64,000 nt of DNA from contig CAVSHB010000001.1 of assembly GCA_963727775.1 (NCBI GenBank), forward strand, positions 128,001-192,000, given 5' to 3'. The notes under the pieces were generated by a model. The model searched no databases. It was not told the origin of the DNA and saw nothing but the letters and a program-made list of their open reading frames with translations. The position numbers and the translations under genes are program-made. This document shows positions 10,436-19,341 of this stretch, piece by piece (position 1 is the stretch's first letter; every line of letters begins with the position of its first letter). Source of the DNA: an uncultured Nitrospiraceae bacterium. GTDB taxonomy: Bacteria; Nitrospirota; Thermodesulfovibrionia; Thermodesulfovibrionales; SM23-35.

Positions 10436-10480
10436 GCTCATTTCAGGGTAAGCCATATCTTGGCATCCCCTGAAATGAGC
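10436..10480. repeat. Long hairpin inside the IS21 right end
   Basis: GCTCATTTCAGGG ... CCCTGAAATGAGC perfect 13-bp arms with inner GCCA/TGGC. Confidence 0.85.
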
Positions 10481-10897
10481 TCCTTCAGACGAATTTGAAG
10501 TTGGGAATCGTTGAAATAGGCAGGATGATCACCCCTCATTATCCGGAATTATGAATCGCTCAGGGGTGGTCAAAATTCGGTTATCACAGGTGGTCAATTT
10601 TCGGTTGCTTTTTCGATGGGAATTTAGTTTTATCATCGGATATGTGTTTTTCTATTCCTTCTAAGAAAGTTTTGATATCTCCTATCTGACATTCAAGCCA
10701 ATCACAACATTCTTTAATCTCTTGCTCCATACACTCTCACCCTCCAAGAAAATTTATCCGATATCTTTATGAAATTATGTAGATTATCGCCTGTACTGAA
10801 CACAATTATATCAAACCGTTCGGATGTTTGTTCCAGGAAGTTATGTGCCTGTCGGAGCTCTCTGGAATTCTGCATTTCTTTCGTGCCAACAATACCG

Positions 10898-11829
10898 GGG
10901 TCAGGTCTATATTGTTTACCTTTGCTTTTTCCCGCGCAATATTCTGCTCACGTATGTGAAGTGCATACCAAGGTGATTGGCGACCGAACGTTGAGTGTAT
11001 CCGTGCTTCTCAATGGCCTCGGCTATCTTCCTATCCCGCTTGCGTTTGTCTCTGAGTATACTCTCAGTGAATATTTTGTCAAGCTCAGGACGGTTGGCAA
11101 ACCGCTGGCTCTTGGGTATCGCAGGAACATCCCTGTGTCTTTTAAGATGATCGCTCAGACTGGCGACAAAATCGTCTTCACCGAGAATCGATTGGCACTT
11201 AACTTCATTCCAGATTGTCTCTTTACCGATCCCACATTTGACAAACTGGCGGTATTCTTTCTCTGCTTCGGCTCTTGTTCGGCTGAATTGGCCGAGCACC
11301 CAGTCTATAGTAAGACAAGGCTGGAGCTGTTCCTTACCCGCTGTTGTCCGATAGCTGGACCATTTCCAATCGTCAAGTCTTTCGACCGTTCTTGCGCGGA
11401 TGGGATTCAGCACCACATAACGGCATACTTCAAGGAGATGGCTGTCTTTTTGAATAAGAATGGCCTTATACCTGCCTTGGAAGAGATGTCCGGTTTTTTG
11501 GTAGCGTTTGTTCCGCGCCTGAGTAAAAACGCCGTTTAATTGCCTCATGCCTATGGAGAGATTGCCATCGGGGTTTCGACGAGTAGGTGATAGTGGTTGT
11601 CCATGAGGCAGTAAGCGTGGCAAAGCCAGTAGTAGCGTTTATTGACATGGGCGAGGGTACTGAGAAATGTTTCCCGGTCTGTATCGTCTTTGAACACGGT
11701 CTTTTTATCATTTCCTCTGCTGGTAATGTGATACACAGCGCCAGGGTATTCAATGCGGAGCGGGCGGGCGGGCCATGAAGAGAGCTTAGCAGATGTTTAG
11801 ATAAAAGTCAAACAATATAGACCTGACCC
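10898..11829 (-). mobile_element. RAYT-type element bounded by 20-bp perfect inverted repeats
   Basis: GGGTCAGGTCTATATTGTTT at 10898-10917 and AAACAATATAGACCTGACCC at 11810-11829. Confidence 0.85.
10916..11776 (-). pseudogene. REP-associated tyrosine transposase (RAYT) with C-terminal HTH, two frameshifts
   Basis: MARP(L)RIEYPGAVYHITSRGN, AYCLMDNHYHLL (HUH), GHLFQGRY, YVVLNPIRA, WKWSSY; extra CCCG near 11761-11772 and 1-nt loss in a C-run near 11570-11573. Confidence 0.9.
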
Positions 11830-11915
11830 TACTAAAATGGTCCTAATTATATCAGAGTTAACGGGTGCGTGTTCCAAGGAAGGATCTCATTCCGAAATTT
11901 GTATTTGAATGAAAT

Positions 11916-12065
11916 TTACTTCGACTTTTTCTTTTTGAGCCCGAGAAAGAGAAGCGCCGCAGCGCCCACTCCGATGAGAGTGCGAGCAACCACGCCGGAT
12001 ATTACAACCCCCTTCTTAAGAACGGTTGTCAGTTTATTTCCGGTCTTCTTCGTTTCTTCGTTCAT
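11916..12065 (-). CDS. 49-aa small membrane peptide (single TM, basic tail)
   Basis: MNEETKK...VARTLIGVGAAALLFLGLKKKKSK; weak RBS. Confidence 0.45.
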   Translation of the reverse strand: MNEETKKTGNKLTTVLKKGVVISGVVARTLIGVGAAALLFLGLKKKKSK

Positions 12066-12369
12066 ATTGGCCAGGTGATTATTCCACAATTTCACTCTGA
12101 TGCGGACAGGCTGAGATAGCAAATATCATTTGTAATCCTCACTTCTTGAGAGTATACCACGTGTGAGTAGAAGAGGAAGTAAGCTTGTCCTGTCCCATCT
12201 GACAGCTGGTTTACGTATTTCAATATGGGAATATACCGATTTAATTAAACCTTAAGACAAATGGGAAGCAATGTGAGGCAGTTTGCCTTTAATTATTGAT
12301 ATGATAAACTCGATTACAATAAGAGATCGAAATCTTATAAATCTGTTGGGGTGTAAAGGAGGAAGTAAA

Positions 12370-12906
12370 ATGAAGAAATTTATGTCACTTATCTTCGTGG
12401 TTCTTTTAGGGCTGGCAATAGGTCCTTTAGCCGCCAGTTCCGGAGAGCAGCAGATGGGCTCTGTCACCCACTCCAAGGACTTTGAAAAAATGAAGGAACT
12501 GGTGGGTGTTTGGGAAGGCACAACGGATATGGGAAAGGGGATGGTGTCAATCAAAGCCACCTATGAACTCACCTCAGCGGGGAATGCTATCGTTGAGAGG
12601 CTCTTTGTCGGACTTCCTCATGAGATGGTTACGGTCTATTATGATTACAATGGGAAGTTAGCTATGACCCACTACTGCTCGTTGGGAAACCAGCCGCATA
12701 TGGAACTCATGAACCCTGGTAAAACCAATATGCTGTTTGTCCTATCCAAAAAGAATCCCAACCTTTCCTCAGTGAAGGAAACCCATATGCACTCACTCAA
12801 CATTTCTTTCGATACCAAGGACACTATCACTCACACCTGGTCTCTTTATGAAAAGGGGAAGAAAAAATCAGATTCTGTGATCAAATTAACGCGCACCAAA
12901 ACCTAA
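12370..12906 (+). CDS. Exported hypothetical protein
   Basis: AGGAGG RBS, signal peptide MKKFMSLIFVVLLGLAIGPLAA, motif MTHYCSLGNQP. Confidence 0.75.
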   Translation: MKKFMSLIFVVLLGLAIGPLAASSGEQQMGSVTHSKDFEKMKELVGVWEGTTDMGKGMVSIKATYELTSAGNAIVERLFVGLPHEMVTVYYDYNGKLAMTHYCSLGNQPHMELMNPGKTNMLFVLSKKNPNLSSVKETHMHSLNISFDTKDTITHTWSLYEKGKKKSDSVIKLTRTKT

Positions 12907-12987
12907 CAAAGTTTTACTGAACAAGCGTAAGGCTGGATGAATTTTGAATTACTAGATTAGAGATAGGCTTGTCGTTTATTTCAATCT

Positions 12988-13764
12988 TTAATGGGGCTTA
13001 CTCTCCTTCTTTTTTGCCTCGTCCCATAGTTTGTCCATTTCAGCCAATGTCATCTCGGACAAGGTCTTCCCTTGTTCCGCGGCGTTCATCTCGATGTAAC
13101 GGAAGCGGTGGATAAACTTGCTTATTGTCCTTCTCAGGGCGTCTTCAGGATTGACGCTGATGAACCGTGAGAGGTTGACGAGCATGAACAATATGTCACC
13201 CAGTTCTTCTTCCATGTCAATCCGGTCTTTTGTTTTAAGCGCTTCTTTTAGTTCGTCCATTTCTTCATCAATCTTGAGTAAGACATCGTCGATCTTTTCC
13301 CAGTCGAAACCGACCTGCGCGGCCCTCTTTTGGAGCCTGTGCGCGCGGAGGAGGGAGGACATGGCTTTCGGTACACCCTCAAGGATGGACTCCCGCAGCT
13401 TCCCCTCTTTCTTCTTCAGAACTTCCCACTGCTTAAGAACCTCTTCAGGGGTCCTGCACTCCGCCTCTCCGAATACATGGGGATGACGGTCTATCATCTT
13501 CTTGCCGATCCCATCGATTACGTCGGACATTTCGAATTCGCCGTTTTCCTTTGCAAGCTGACACTGGAATACAATCTGGAAAAGAAGATCTCCGAGTTCT
13601 TCTTTTATCTTGCCGGCGTCATTCTCTTCAATCGCTTCATAGAGTTCATATGCCTCTTCGATGATGTACGGTTTGACAGAATCTCTTGATTGCTTCTTGT
13701 CCCAGGGGCATCCCTTTTCACCCCTGAGCGCTTCCATTATTTTGATCAGTTCCTGAAGTTCCAT
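12988..13764 (-). CDS. mazG: Nucleoside triphosphate pyrophosphohydrolase MazG
   Basis: GCPWD, EEAYE, EELGDLL, RHPHVF, second EELGD. Confidence 0.96.
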   Translation of the reverse strand: MELQELIKIMEALRGEKGCPWDKKQSRDSVKPYIIEEAYELYEAIEENDAGKIKEELGDLLFQIVFQCQLAKENGEFEMSDVIDGIGKKMIDRHPHVFGEAECRTPEEVLKQWEVLKKKEGKLRESILEGVPKAMSSLLRAHRLQKRAAQVGFDWEKIDDVLLKIDEEMDELKEALKTKDRIDMEEELGDILFMLVNLSRFISVNPEDALRRTISKFIHRFRYIEMNAAEQGKTLSEMTLAEMDKLWDEAKKKESKPH

Positions 13765-13769
13765 TTTAG

Positions 13770-13932
13770 CCTATATCATTTATAAATATTTTACTCTATA
13801 CGGAGCAGATGCAGTACCAGAGCGGCTTTATCCCGATTTGGTCGGGATACCTCGGAGGTCCGCAAAAGCGGACCGAGAATGAGCGATGGTACTGCATCTG
13901 CTCCGATTGTCCATGCTTTATGAATATCCGGG
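13770..13932. mobile_element. 163-bp MITE-like structured element
   Basis: TTAG direct repeats at 13766-13769 and 13933-13936; 19-bp perfect internal IR (13801-13819 / 13887-13905) enclosing two hairpins. Confidence 0.65.
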
Positions 13933-13945
13933 TTAGAAATAACCG

Positions 13946-16081
13946 CTATTTGCCCCGCCTTTTTTTTGCAGTCTTTTGATCACAGATGGTCAGAATTATC
14001 TCCCGTTCTTCCATATCGACCCTGTCTACCCTCACCCTTAGCTCTTGCCCTATCGAGAAGGAGCGCTTTGAGTTTCTTCCGAGGAGTTTCATTTGACGTT
14101 CGTCAAGCTGATAGAAATCGTCCGTCATGTAAGACACATGCATAAACCCATCGACAAAGAAGTCCTTAAGCCTGACCCTTAGTCCGTAAGGGGTAACGCT
14201 TACAACTTTGGCGTCAAATTCCTCACCGACCTTGTTTTTCATAAACCATACCCTCATTGCGTCAATGACTTCTCTCTCGGCCTTTTCGGCGACGCGCTCG
14301 GTGCGTGAAGATTGAAACGCAATATCGGAAAGCGTCTTGTTGAGTTCCTGTATTCGTTTGTCCGGCAGAGACTTCTTTTTTAATACCTCTCTTAATATCC
14401 GGTGAACAACGAGGTCGGGATAACGCCTTATGGGGGAAGTGAAGTGGGCGTAGGATTTCGATGCAAGACCGAAATGGCCGACGTTTATCGGCGAATAACG
14501 CGCCTGTTTAAGGCTTCGCAAGATCATATAACTGACAATTTCTTCTTCGGGTTTTCCCCTTACAGCTTTGAGGATTTCCGGAAAATCTTTTGGTCTTAAT
14601 TTTTGTTTCCCCTTCATAGAAGTTCTTGCCATCCGCGCGATATCCTCGATCTTCATGGGGTCAGGCTCTTCATGTACTCTGTATAAAATAGGTACGCCAA
14701 GGCCCTCGATATGTTCGGCCACAGTCTCGTTCGCGGCGATCATGAACTCTTCGATGATCATATGGGCATAATTTCTATTCGCCTTTATGATCGCCTCCGG
14801 AACTCCCTGCATATCGAGCAGGACTTCCGGTTCAGGGAGATCAAAATCCAGGCTCCCCCGTTCAAGTCTCCTTTTCCTAAGGATGCCGCATAATTCGCCC
14901 ATCAACTCAAAATCCTGAATCAGATGATCATATTTCGCGCGTTCGCGGACGTCATTATCAATCAGTATTTTACTCACTGAAGTATATGTCATCCTTTCAT
15001 CGCTGACAATGACACTGGGATAGAATTTCGAGTCGAGCTTGACGCCGTTTCTGTCGAAATTCATTTCAACCGTGAAAGAAAGCCGTTCGACTTTTGGCTT
15101 TAAGCTGCACAGGTCCTCAGAGAGTTCTTTCGGAAGCATCGGGATTACCCTGTCGGGGAAATAAACACTTGTGCCTCTTTTTCGCGCCTCGACGTCGATT
15201 GTCGAATCCCAGCCGACATAGAAACCGACATCCGCGATATGGACATATAAGGTATAACCATGCTCTGATAATTTTATGGATACGGCGTCGTCAAAATCTT
15301 TTGCCCGCTCGCCATCGATAGTGACTGTCGGTAATGATCTTAAATCCTTCCTCCGCTGGACGCCGGTACCTCTGCCTTCCTGCTCCTGTGCCGACAGCAT
15401 TACGGCTTCCTCATGAACATTTCGCGGGAACCTTCCCGGGAGATCGAACTCATCAATAATCGCCTCGATCTCGGACTTAGGGTCCTCAGGCCTGTCCAAT
15501 ATCTTTACTACCCTTCCGGCAGGCGGCTTCCTGTCAGTCGGAAAGCTGACAATTTCAGCTATGACCATATCTCCATTTTTCGCTTCCCCGGTCTCTTTTA
15601 AGGGAATAAAGAGATCAAAACTGATAGACTTGTCTTTAGGTTTTACATAGCTTCCCGCCTTTGTTACTTCAAATTTCCCGGCTATTCTTGCATGCGCTCT
15701 TTCGAGGACCCGTATTATGGTCCCCTCACGCCTGTGCCTGTTTTCGACGCGCACAAGAACCCTGTCATTGTTCATGGCGCCCAAGGCCGATCTGGAGGGG
15801 ATAAACAAGTCCCTCTCTCCGGGTTTTTCCGTTATCACGAAACCATAGCCGTCCTTATGGGCTTCAAAATAGCCGTTCACCAGGTTCATGTCTCCGGAAG
15901 GTCCGTAAAGCCCTTTTCTTGTCAGCACGAGTTCGCCGGACCTGACCATCACCCTTAGCATTCTCTTTAATGCCTTTGCTTCTTTATGGTTCAGGCCCAT
16001 TAGGGAGACTATGTCCCTGAAGCCGAGAGGCCTCCGTGTCTTTTCTATGAAAAATGAATTTATTGTCTCTTTGCTTACCAT
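13946..16081 (-). CDS. rnr: Ribonuclease R
   Basis: TIDGERAKDFDDAV, HFTSPIRRYPDL, cold-shock and S1 domains. Confidence 0.97.
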   Translation of the reverse strand: MVSKETINSFFIEKTRRPLGFRDIVSLMGLNHKEAKALKRMLRVMVRSGELVLTRKGLYGPSGDMNLVNGYFEAHKDGYGFVITEKPGERDLFIPSRSALGAMNNDRVLVRVENRHRREGTIIRVLERAHARIAGKFEVTKAGSYVKPKDKSISFDLFIPLKETGEAKNGDMVIAEIVSFPTDRKPPAGRVVKILDRPEDPKSEIEAIIDEFDLPGRFPRNVHEEAVMLSAQEQEGRGTGVQRRKDLRSLPTVTIDGERAKDFDDAVSIKLSEHGYTLYVHIADVGFYVGWDSTIDVEARKRGTSVYFPDRVIPMLPKELSEDLCSLKPKVERLSFTVEMNFDRNGVKLDSKFYPSVIVSDERMTYTSVSKILIDNDVRERAKYDHLIQDFELMGELCGILRKRRLERGSLDFDLPEPEVLLDMQGVPEAIIKANRNYAHMIIEEFMIAANETVAEHIEGLGVPILYRVHEEPDPMKIEDIARMARTSMKGKQKLRPKDFPEILKAVRGKPEEEIVSYMILRSLKQARYSPINVGHFGLASKSYAHFTSPIRRYPDLVVHRILREVLKKKSLPDKRIQELNKTLSDIAFQSSRTERVAEKAEREVIDAMRVWFMKNKVGEEFDAKVVSVTPYGLRVRLKDFFVDGFMHVSYMTDDFYQLDERQMKLLGRNSKRSFSIGQELRVRVDRVDMEEREIILTICDQKTAKKRRGK

Positions 16082-16201
16082 GGGTTTATCTTTTGGGCCA
16101 TTTTTGAAATGCCTTCATCTTAAAGCAACAATTACTGTTATTATATTATAAACAGGACGATATCGGAACTGCCCCCGATTGTTATCGCCGACTGCCTTTA
16201 A

Positions 16202-16230
16202 TTGACAGTTTTAGCCGATTGTGATACGTT
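16202..16230 (+). promoter_or_regulatory. Putative sigma70 promoter of the TPR/ExeA operon
   Basis: TTGACA, 17 nt, TACGTT preceded by TG (extended -10). Confidence 0.45.
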
Positions 16231-16245
16231 TGAATATTACACATT

Positions 16246-18519
16246 ATGTCAGATAAAGCGACCATTATAAAAGACGCTCAGAAGTATCTTGCCCGCGGTC
16301 AGGTTGATAGAGCTATTTCCGAATGGGAGAAATTGGCAAAAGAATATCCTGACGGAAATACTTATAACACTGTCGGCGACCTGTATCTCAAGAAGGGCGA
16401 CAAGCCAAATGCAATCGATTCGTTTCATAAAGCGGCTCAATTTTTTAGGCAGGAAGGGTTTGCGCTCAAATCATTAGCACTATATAAAAAGATACTGAAT
16501 TTAACTCCGACCGACGCAAATGCCCTTCTTGCTCTCGCGGAGCTGAATGAAGGGAAGGGTCTTACCACAGACGCCATAAAATTTTATCTCGCGGCTGCCG
16601 ATACCCTATCAAAGGAAGGGAAAAAAGAAAAGCTCCTGGAGGTATATGAAAAAATTCTCGCCCTGTCTCCGTCCAATGTGCCTCTCAGGAACAAGATCGC
16701 GGAAATATATACGAAAGAAGGCCTCGTGCTGGAGGCCGCAAACCAGTACATTACTGTTGCAAGGCTCTATGCCGAAAAACAAGACACAGAAAAGGCCATA
16801 GCATTTTATCTGAAAGTGCTTGACGCCCAACCTCTCAACAGGGAGGCGATTATCGAGTTAAACAGCCTGTACGAACAGGTAGGCAATATTGAGCAGGCAC
16901 TGGGGCAGATAGAGGAAGCCGCAATCCTCTTCCCGCAGGATACGGATATCCTTCTCAGGTGCGCTGAGATGCAGACAAGCATCGGCAGGTTTGCTGAAGC
17001 CAGGGAGTATCTCGGGAGGATCACTGAAATTGAACCGGCCAACATTAAGGCAAGACGTCTGCTCGGTGATGTCTATCTGAAAGAGGGCGACAAGGGAAAA
17101 GCCTGGGAAGAGTATCTGTCTGTCCTTGATGATATATTGCTTGAGGAAAACTATGATGAAGCTATAAAACTCCTTGCGTCTTTCAAGGATATCGATCCGG
17201 TGGAGACCGGCAAGAGACTTGTTTCACTCTACATTCAGCTCGGGGATTATATCCAGGTAGTGCGCGAGCTTACTTCTCTCGCGGATGTGTTTATTGAAGG
17301 AGGCAAACAAAAAGAGGCCCTCAATTGCTACAAAGAAGCTTTTAAGATGTCGCCTGACGATGAATTACTCAAGACAAAGGTTGTTGAGCTTGAGAAGGAG
17401 ATCGGCAGAGAACACATTTCGACAGGAGCTGAAAAGACCCTTGAAGAAGTGCTTATAGACTCTGACATATACCTCAGATACGGTCTTTATGAAAATGCAA
17501 GGAATCTCCTTGAGTCTTTCAGGGAGGAAGGGACCGAGAACATCGACCTTCATTTGAGACTCAAGACTTTATATGCTGATACAGGAGATAAAGAACAGGC
17601 GATTACAGAGTGCCTGCTCCTGAGCGAACTCTACTTGCGATCCGGCGATACTGTGGGTAGCGAGCAGGTGATTAGGGAAGCGCATGAGATAAATCCCGAA
17701 GACCCCCGGCTTATCAAAATACCAGCCCCCCTTGAGCATGCAGAGGAAGCTGCTGTTACACCGCCGTCTGAAGGACTTTTAATAGAGGATTACGGGGAGG
17801 AGATCGCAGAAGCCGATTTTTATGCGAGGCAGGGGTTATTCGATGAAGCCCGCGAGATACTGGAAAGACTCCAGAGCCTCTTCCCCGAAAACCGGGAGAT
17901 AAACCGAAAGTTGTCATCCCTCGGCCAGGTAACAGAAGGTGAAGGGGAAATGGAATCTATCGAACAACGTGAACCTTTGATGCCGGAAGGCGAGGTGCTT
18001 GACGTAGAGGAAATAGCGGAACCGGCCCTTGAGGGCAACGTCATTGATATTTTTAACGAATTCAAAAAAGGTCTTGAAAAAGAACTTGAAGAAGAGGATT
18101 TTGAAACTCATTACAATCTCGGTATAGCATACAAGGAGATGGGGCTGATAGATGACGCGATAAGAGAATTCCAGACATCGCGCAAGGACCCCAGGAGATT
18201 TATCCATTCTTCAAACATGCTCGGCATATGTTATATTGAAAAAGGCCTTTCCCCATTGGCTATAGAAGTCTTGAAGAATGCTATTGAAAAGATGGAAGAC
18301 AGGGGAGAATCATACTGGGCAATGAACTATGATCTCGCCGAGGCCTATGAGAAAAACGACAATTTCAAAGAGGCGCTTGATTGCTATACACAGGTATATG
18401 GATGGAATTCTAAATTCCGTGCGGTTTCTGATAAGATAGATCAACTGAAAACGGTAATGGCAAAAGGCGCCGAACAAAAGAAGCCCAAAGAAAGAAAGGA
18501 CAGAGTCTCTTATTTATAA
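16246..18519 (+). CDS. Large TPR-repeat protein (SgmX-like architecture)
   Basis: Many TPRs, acidic linker, C-terminal ETHYNLGIAYKEMGLIDDAIREF. Confidence 0.8.
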   Translation: MSDKATIIKDAQKYLARGQVDRAISEWEKLAKEYPDGNTYNTVGDLYLKKGDKPNAIDSFHKAAQFFRQEGFALKSLALYKKILNLTPTDANALLALAELNEGKGLTTDAIKFYLAAADTLSKEGKKEKLLEVYEKILALSPSNVPLRNKIAEIYTKEGLVLEAANQYITVARLYAEKQDTEKAIAFYLKVLDAQPLNREAIIELNSLYEQVGNIEQALGQIEEAAILFPQDTDILLRCAEMQTSIGRFAEAREYLGRITEIEPANIKARRLLGDVYLKEGDKGKAWEEYLSVLDDILLEENYDEAIKLLASFKDIDPVETGKRLVSLYIQLGDYIQVVRELTSLADVFIEGGKQKEALNCYKEAFKMSPDDELLKTKVVELEKEIGREHISTGAEKTLEEVLIDSDIYLRYGLYENARNLLESFREEGTENIDLHLRLKTLYADTGDKEQAITECLLLSELYLRSGDTVGSEQVIREAHEINPEDPRLIKIPAPLEHAEEAAVTPPSEGLLIEDYGEEIAEADFYARQGLFDEAREILERLQSLFPENREINRKLSSLGQVTEGEGEMESIEQREPLMPEGEVLDVEEIAEPALEGNVIDIFNEFKKGLEKELEEEDFETHYNLGIAYKEMGLIDDAIREFQTSRKDPRRFIHSSNMLGICYIEKGLSPLAIEVLKNAIEKMEDRGESYWAMNYDLAEAYEKNDNFKEALDCYTQVYGWNSKFRAVSDKIDQLKTVMAKGAEQKKPKERKDRVSYL

Positions 18520-18522
18520 TAC

Positions 18523-19341
18523 ATGGATTACCTGGAATATTACGGACTGAAAGAGCATCCATTCTCAAACGTAGTTGACAGCAGATTTTATTACAACGGG
18601 TTATTACACTCCGACGCACTCATTAAGCTAAAGTATGCGGTTGACACAAATAAAGGCCTTGCTGTTGTCATCGGGGGGATAGGAACAGGGAAGACGACCC
18701 TTGCAAGAAGGTTCCTTGAGGAACTGGATGAAGATGCCTATGAGGCCGCCCTTCTTGTGGTTGTCCATTCCAGCGTCAGCTCAGAGTGGCTCTTTAAGAA
18801 ATTTGCTATGCAACTCGGGGTGAAGGACGTAAAGGATGATAAGGTGGAGCTTCTTACACAAATATATAGGAGGCTAAATGAGATCATCGAAGGAGATAAA
18901 AAGGCCGTAGTAATGGTCGATGAAGTTCAGATGTTGAATTCAAAGGAGATCATGGAAGAATTCAGAGGGTTGCTGAACATGGAGTCATCATTCGGGAAAA
19001 TGCTTAATATCGTTTTCTTCGGATTGCCGGACCTTGAAGATGTTCTCTCCCTGGATGAACCGCTCAAGCAGAGGGTGGCGGTTAAGATCAGGCTAAAGGA
19101 ATTCTCGGAAAATGACACACATGATTATATAGGGCACAGGCTCAGGGTCGCGAGATGCAGCAAGAATATTTTTTCAGAGGAAGCCATAAGGTTGATCTAC
19201 CAGTTTACCAACGGGACCCCCAGGCTTATCAATACTGTATGCGATAACGCCCTTCTCGAAGGTTATCTGGCCAGGATAAATACGGTAGAAGGGGCGATTA
19301 TAGAAACCGTTGCGGTTGATCTCGGCCTGAGCATTAAGTAG
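18523..19341 (+). CDS. ExeA/GspA-family AAA ATPase
   Basis: YLEYYGLKEHPF, GGIGTGKTT, VDEVQML, GTPRLINTVCDNALL. Confidence 0.9.
   Translation: MDYLEYYGLKEHPFSNVVDSRFYYNGLLHSDALIKLKYAVDTNKGLAVVIGGIGTGKTTLARRFLEELDEDAYEAALLVVVHSSVSSEWLFKKFAMQLGVKDVKDDKVELLTQIYRRLNEIIEGDKKAVVMVDEVQMLNSKEIMEEFRGLLNMESSFGKMLNIVFFGLPDLEDVLSLDEPLKQRVAVKIRLKEFSENDTHDYIGHRLRVARCSKNIFSEEAIRLIYQFTNGTPRLINTVCDNALLEGYLARINTVEGAIIETVAVDLGLSIK

Larger units (their letters stand above)
5891..10616 (+). mobile_element. IS21-family insertion sequence (contains nested IS1634)
   Basis: TSD TGGGAA at 5885-5890 and 10617-10622; repeated AACC(T/G)AAAATTGACCA boxes at the left end and inverted copies at 10565-10608; istA and istB present. 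Confidence 0.95.
5330..10730 (-). pseudogene. 222-aa hypothetical protein with HEPN-like RxxxxH motif, split by IS21 (parts 10617-10730 and 5330-5884)
   Basis: Removing the IS and one TGGGAA copy restores the frame ...SDDKTKFP|GGGNVSVP...; motif IRNAVTH; GGAGG RBS upstream of ATG 10730. Confidence 0.8.

Noticed and set aside
10769..11539. 256-aa + strand ORF, and similar long antisense ORFs at 3980-4750, 9536-10243 and 19948-20592
   Set aside because: They overlap well-supported genes on the opposite strand and show no recognisable motifs
11565..11580. Programmed frameshift in the RAYT gene
   Set aside because: A second lesion near the start codon already stops translation, so decay is the simpler explanation
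12899..12965. attC-like start (ACCTAAC) at the end of the exported-protein gene
   Set aside because: No complementary GTTRRRY end or extended palindrome
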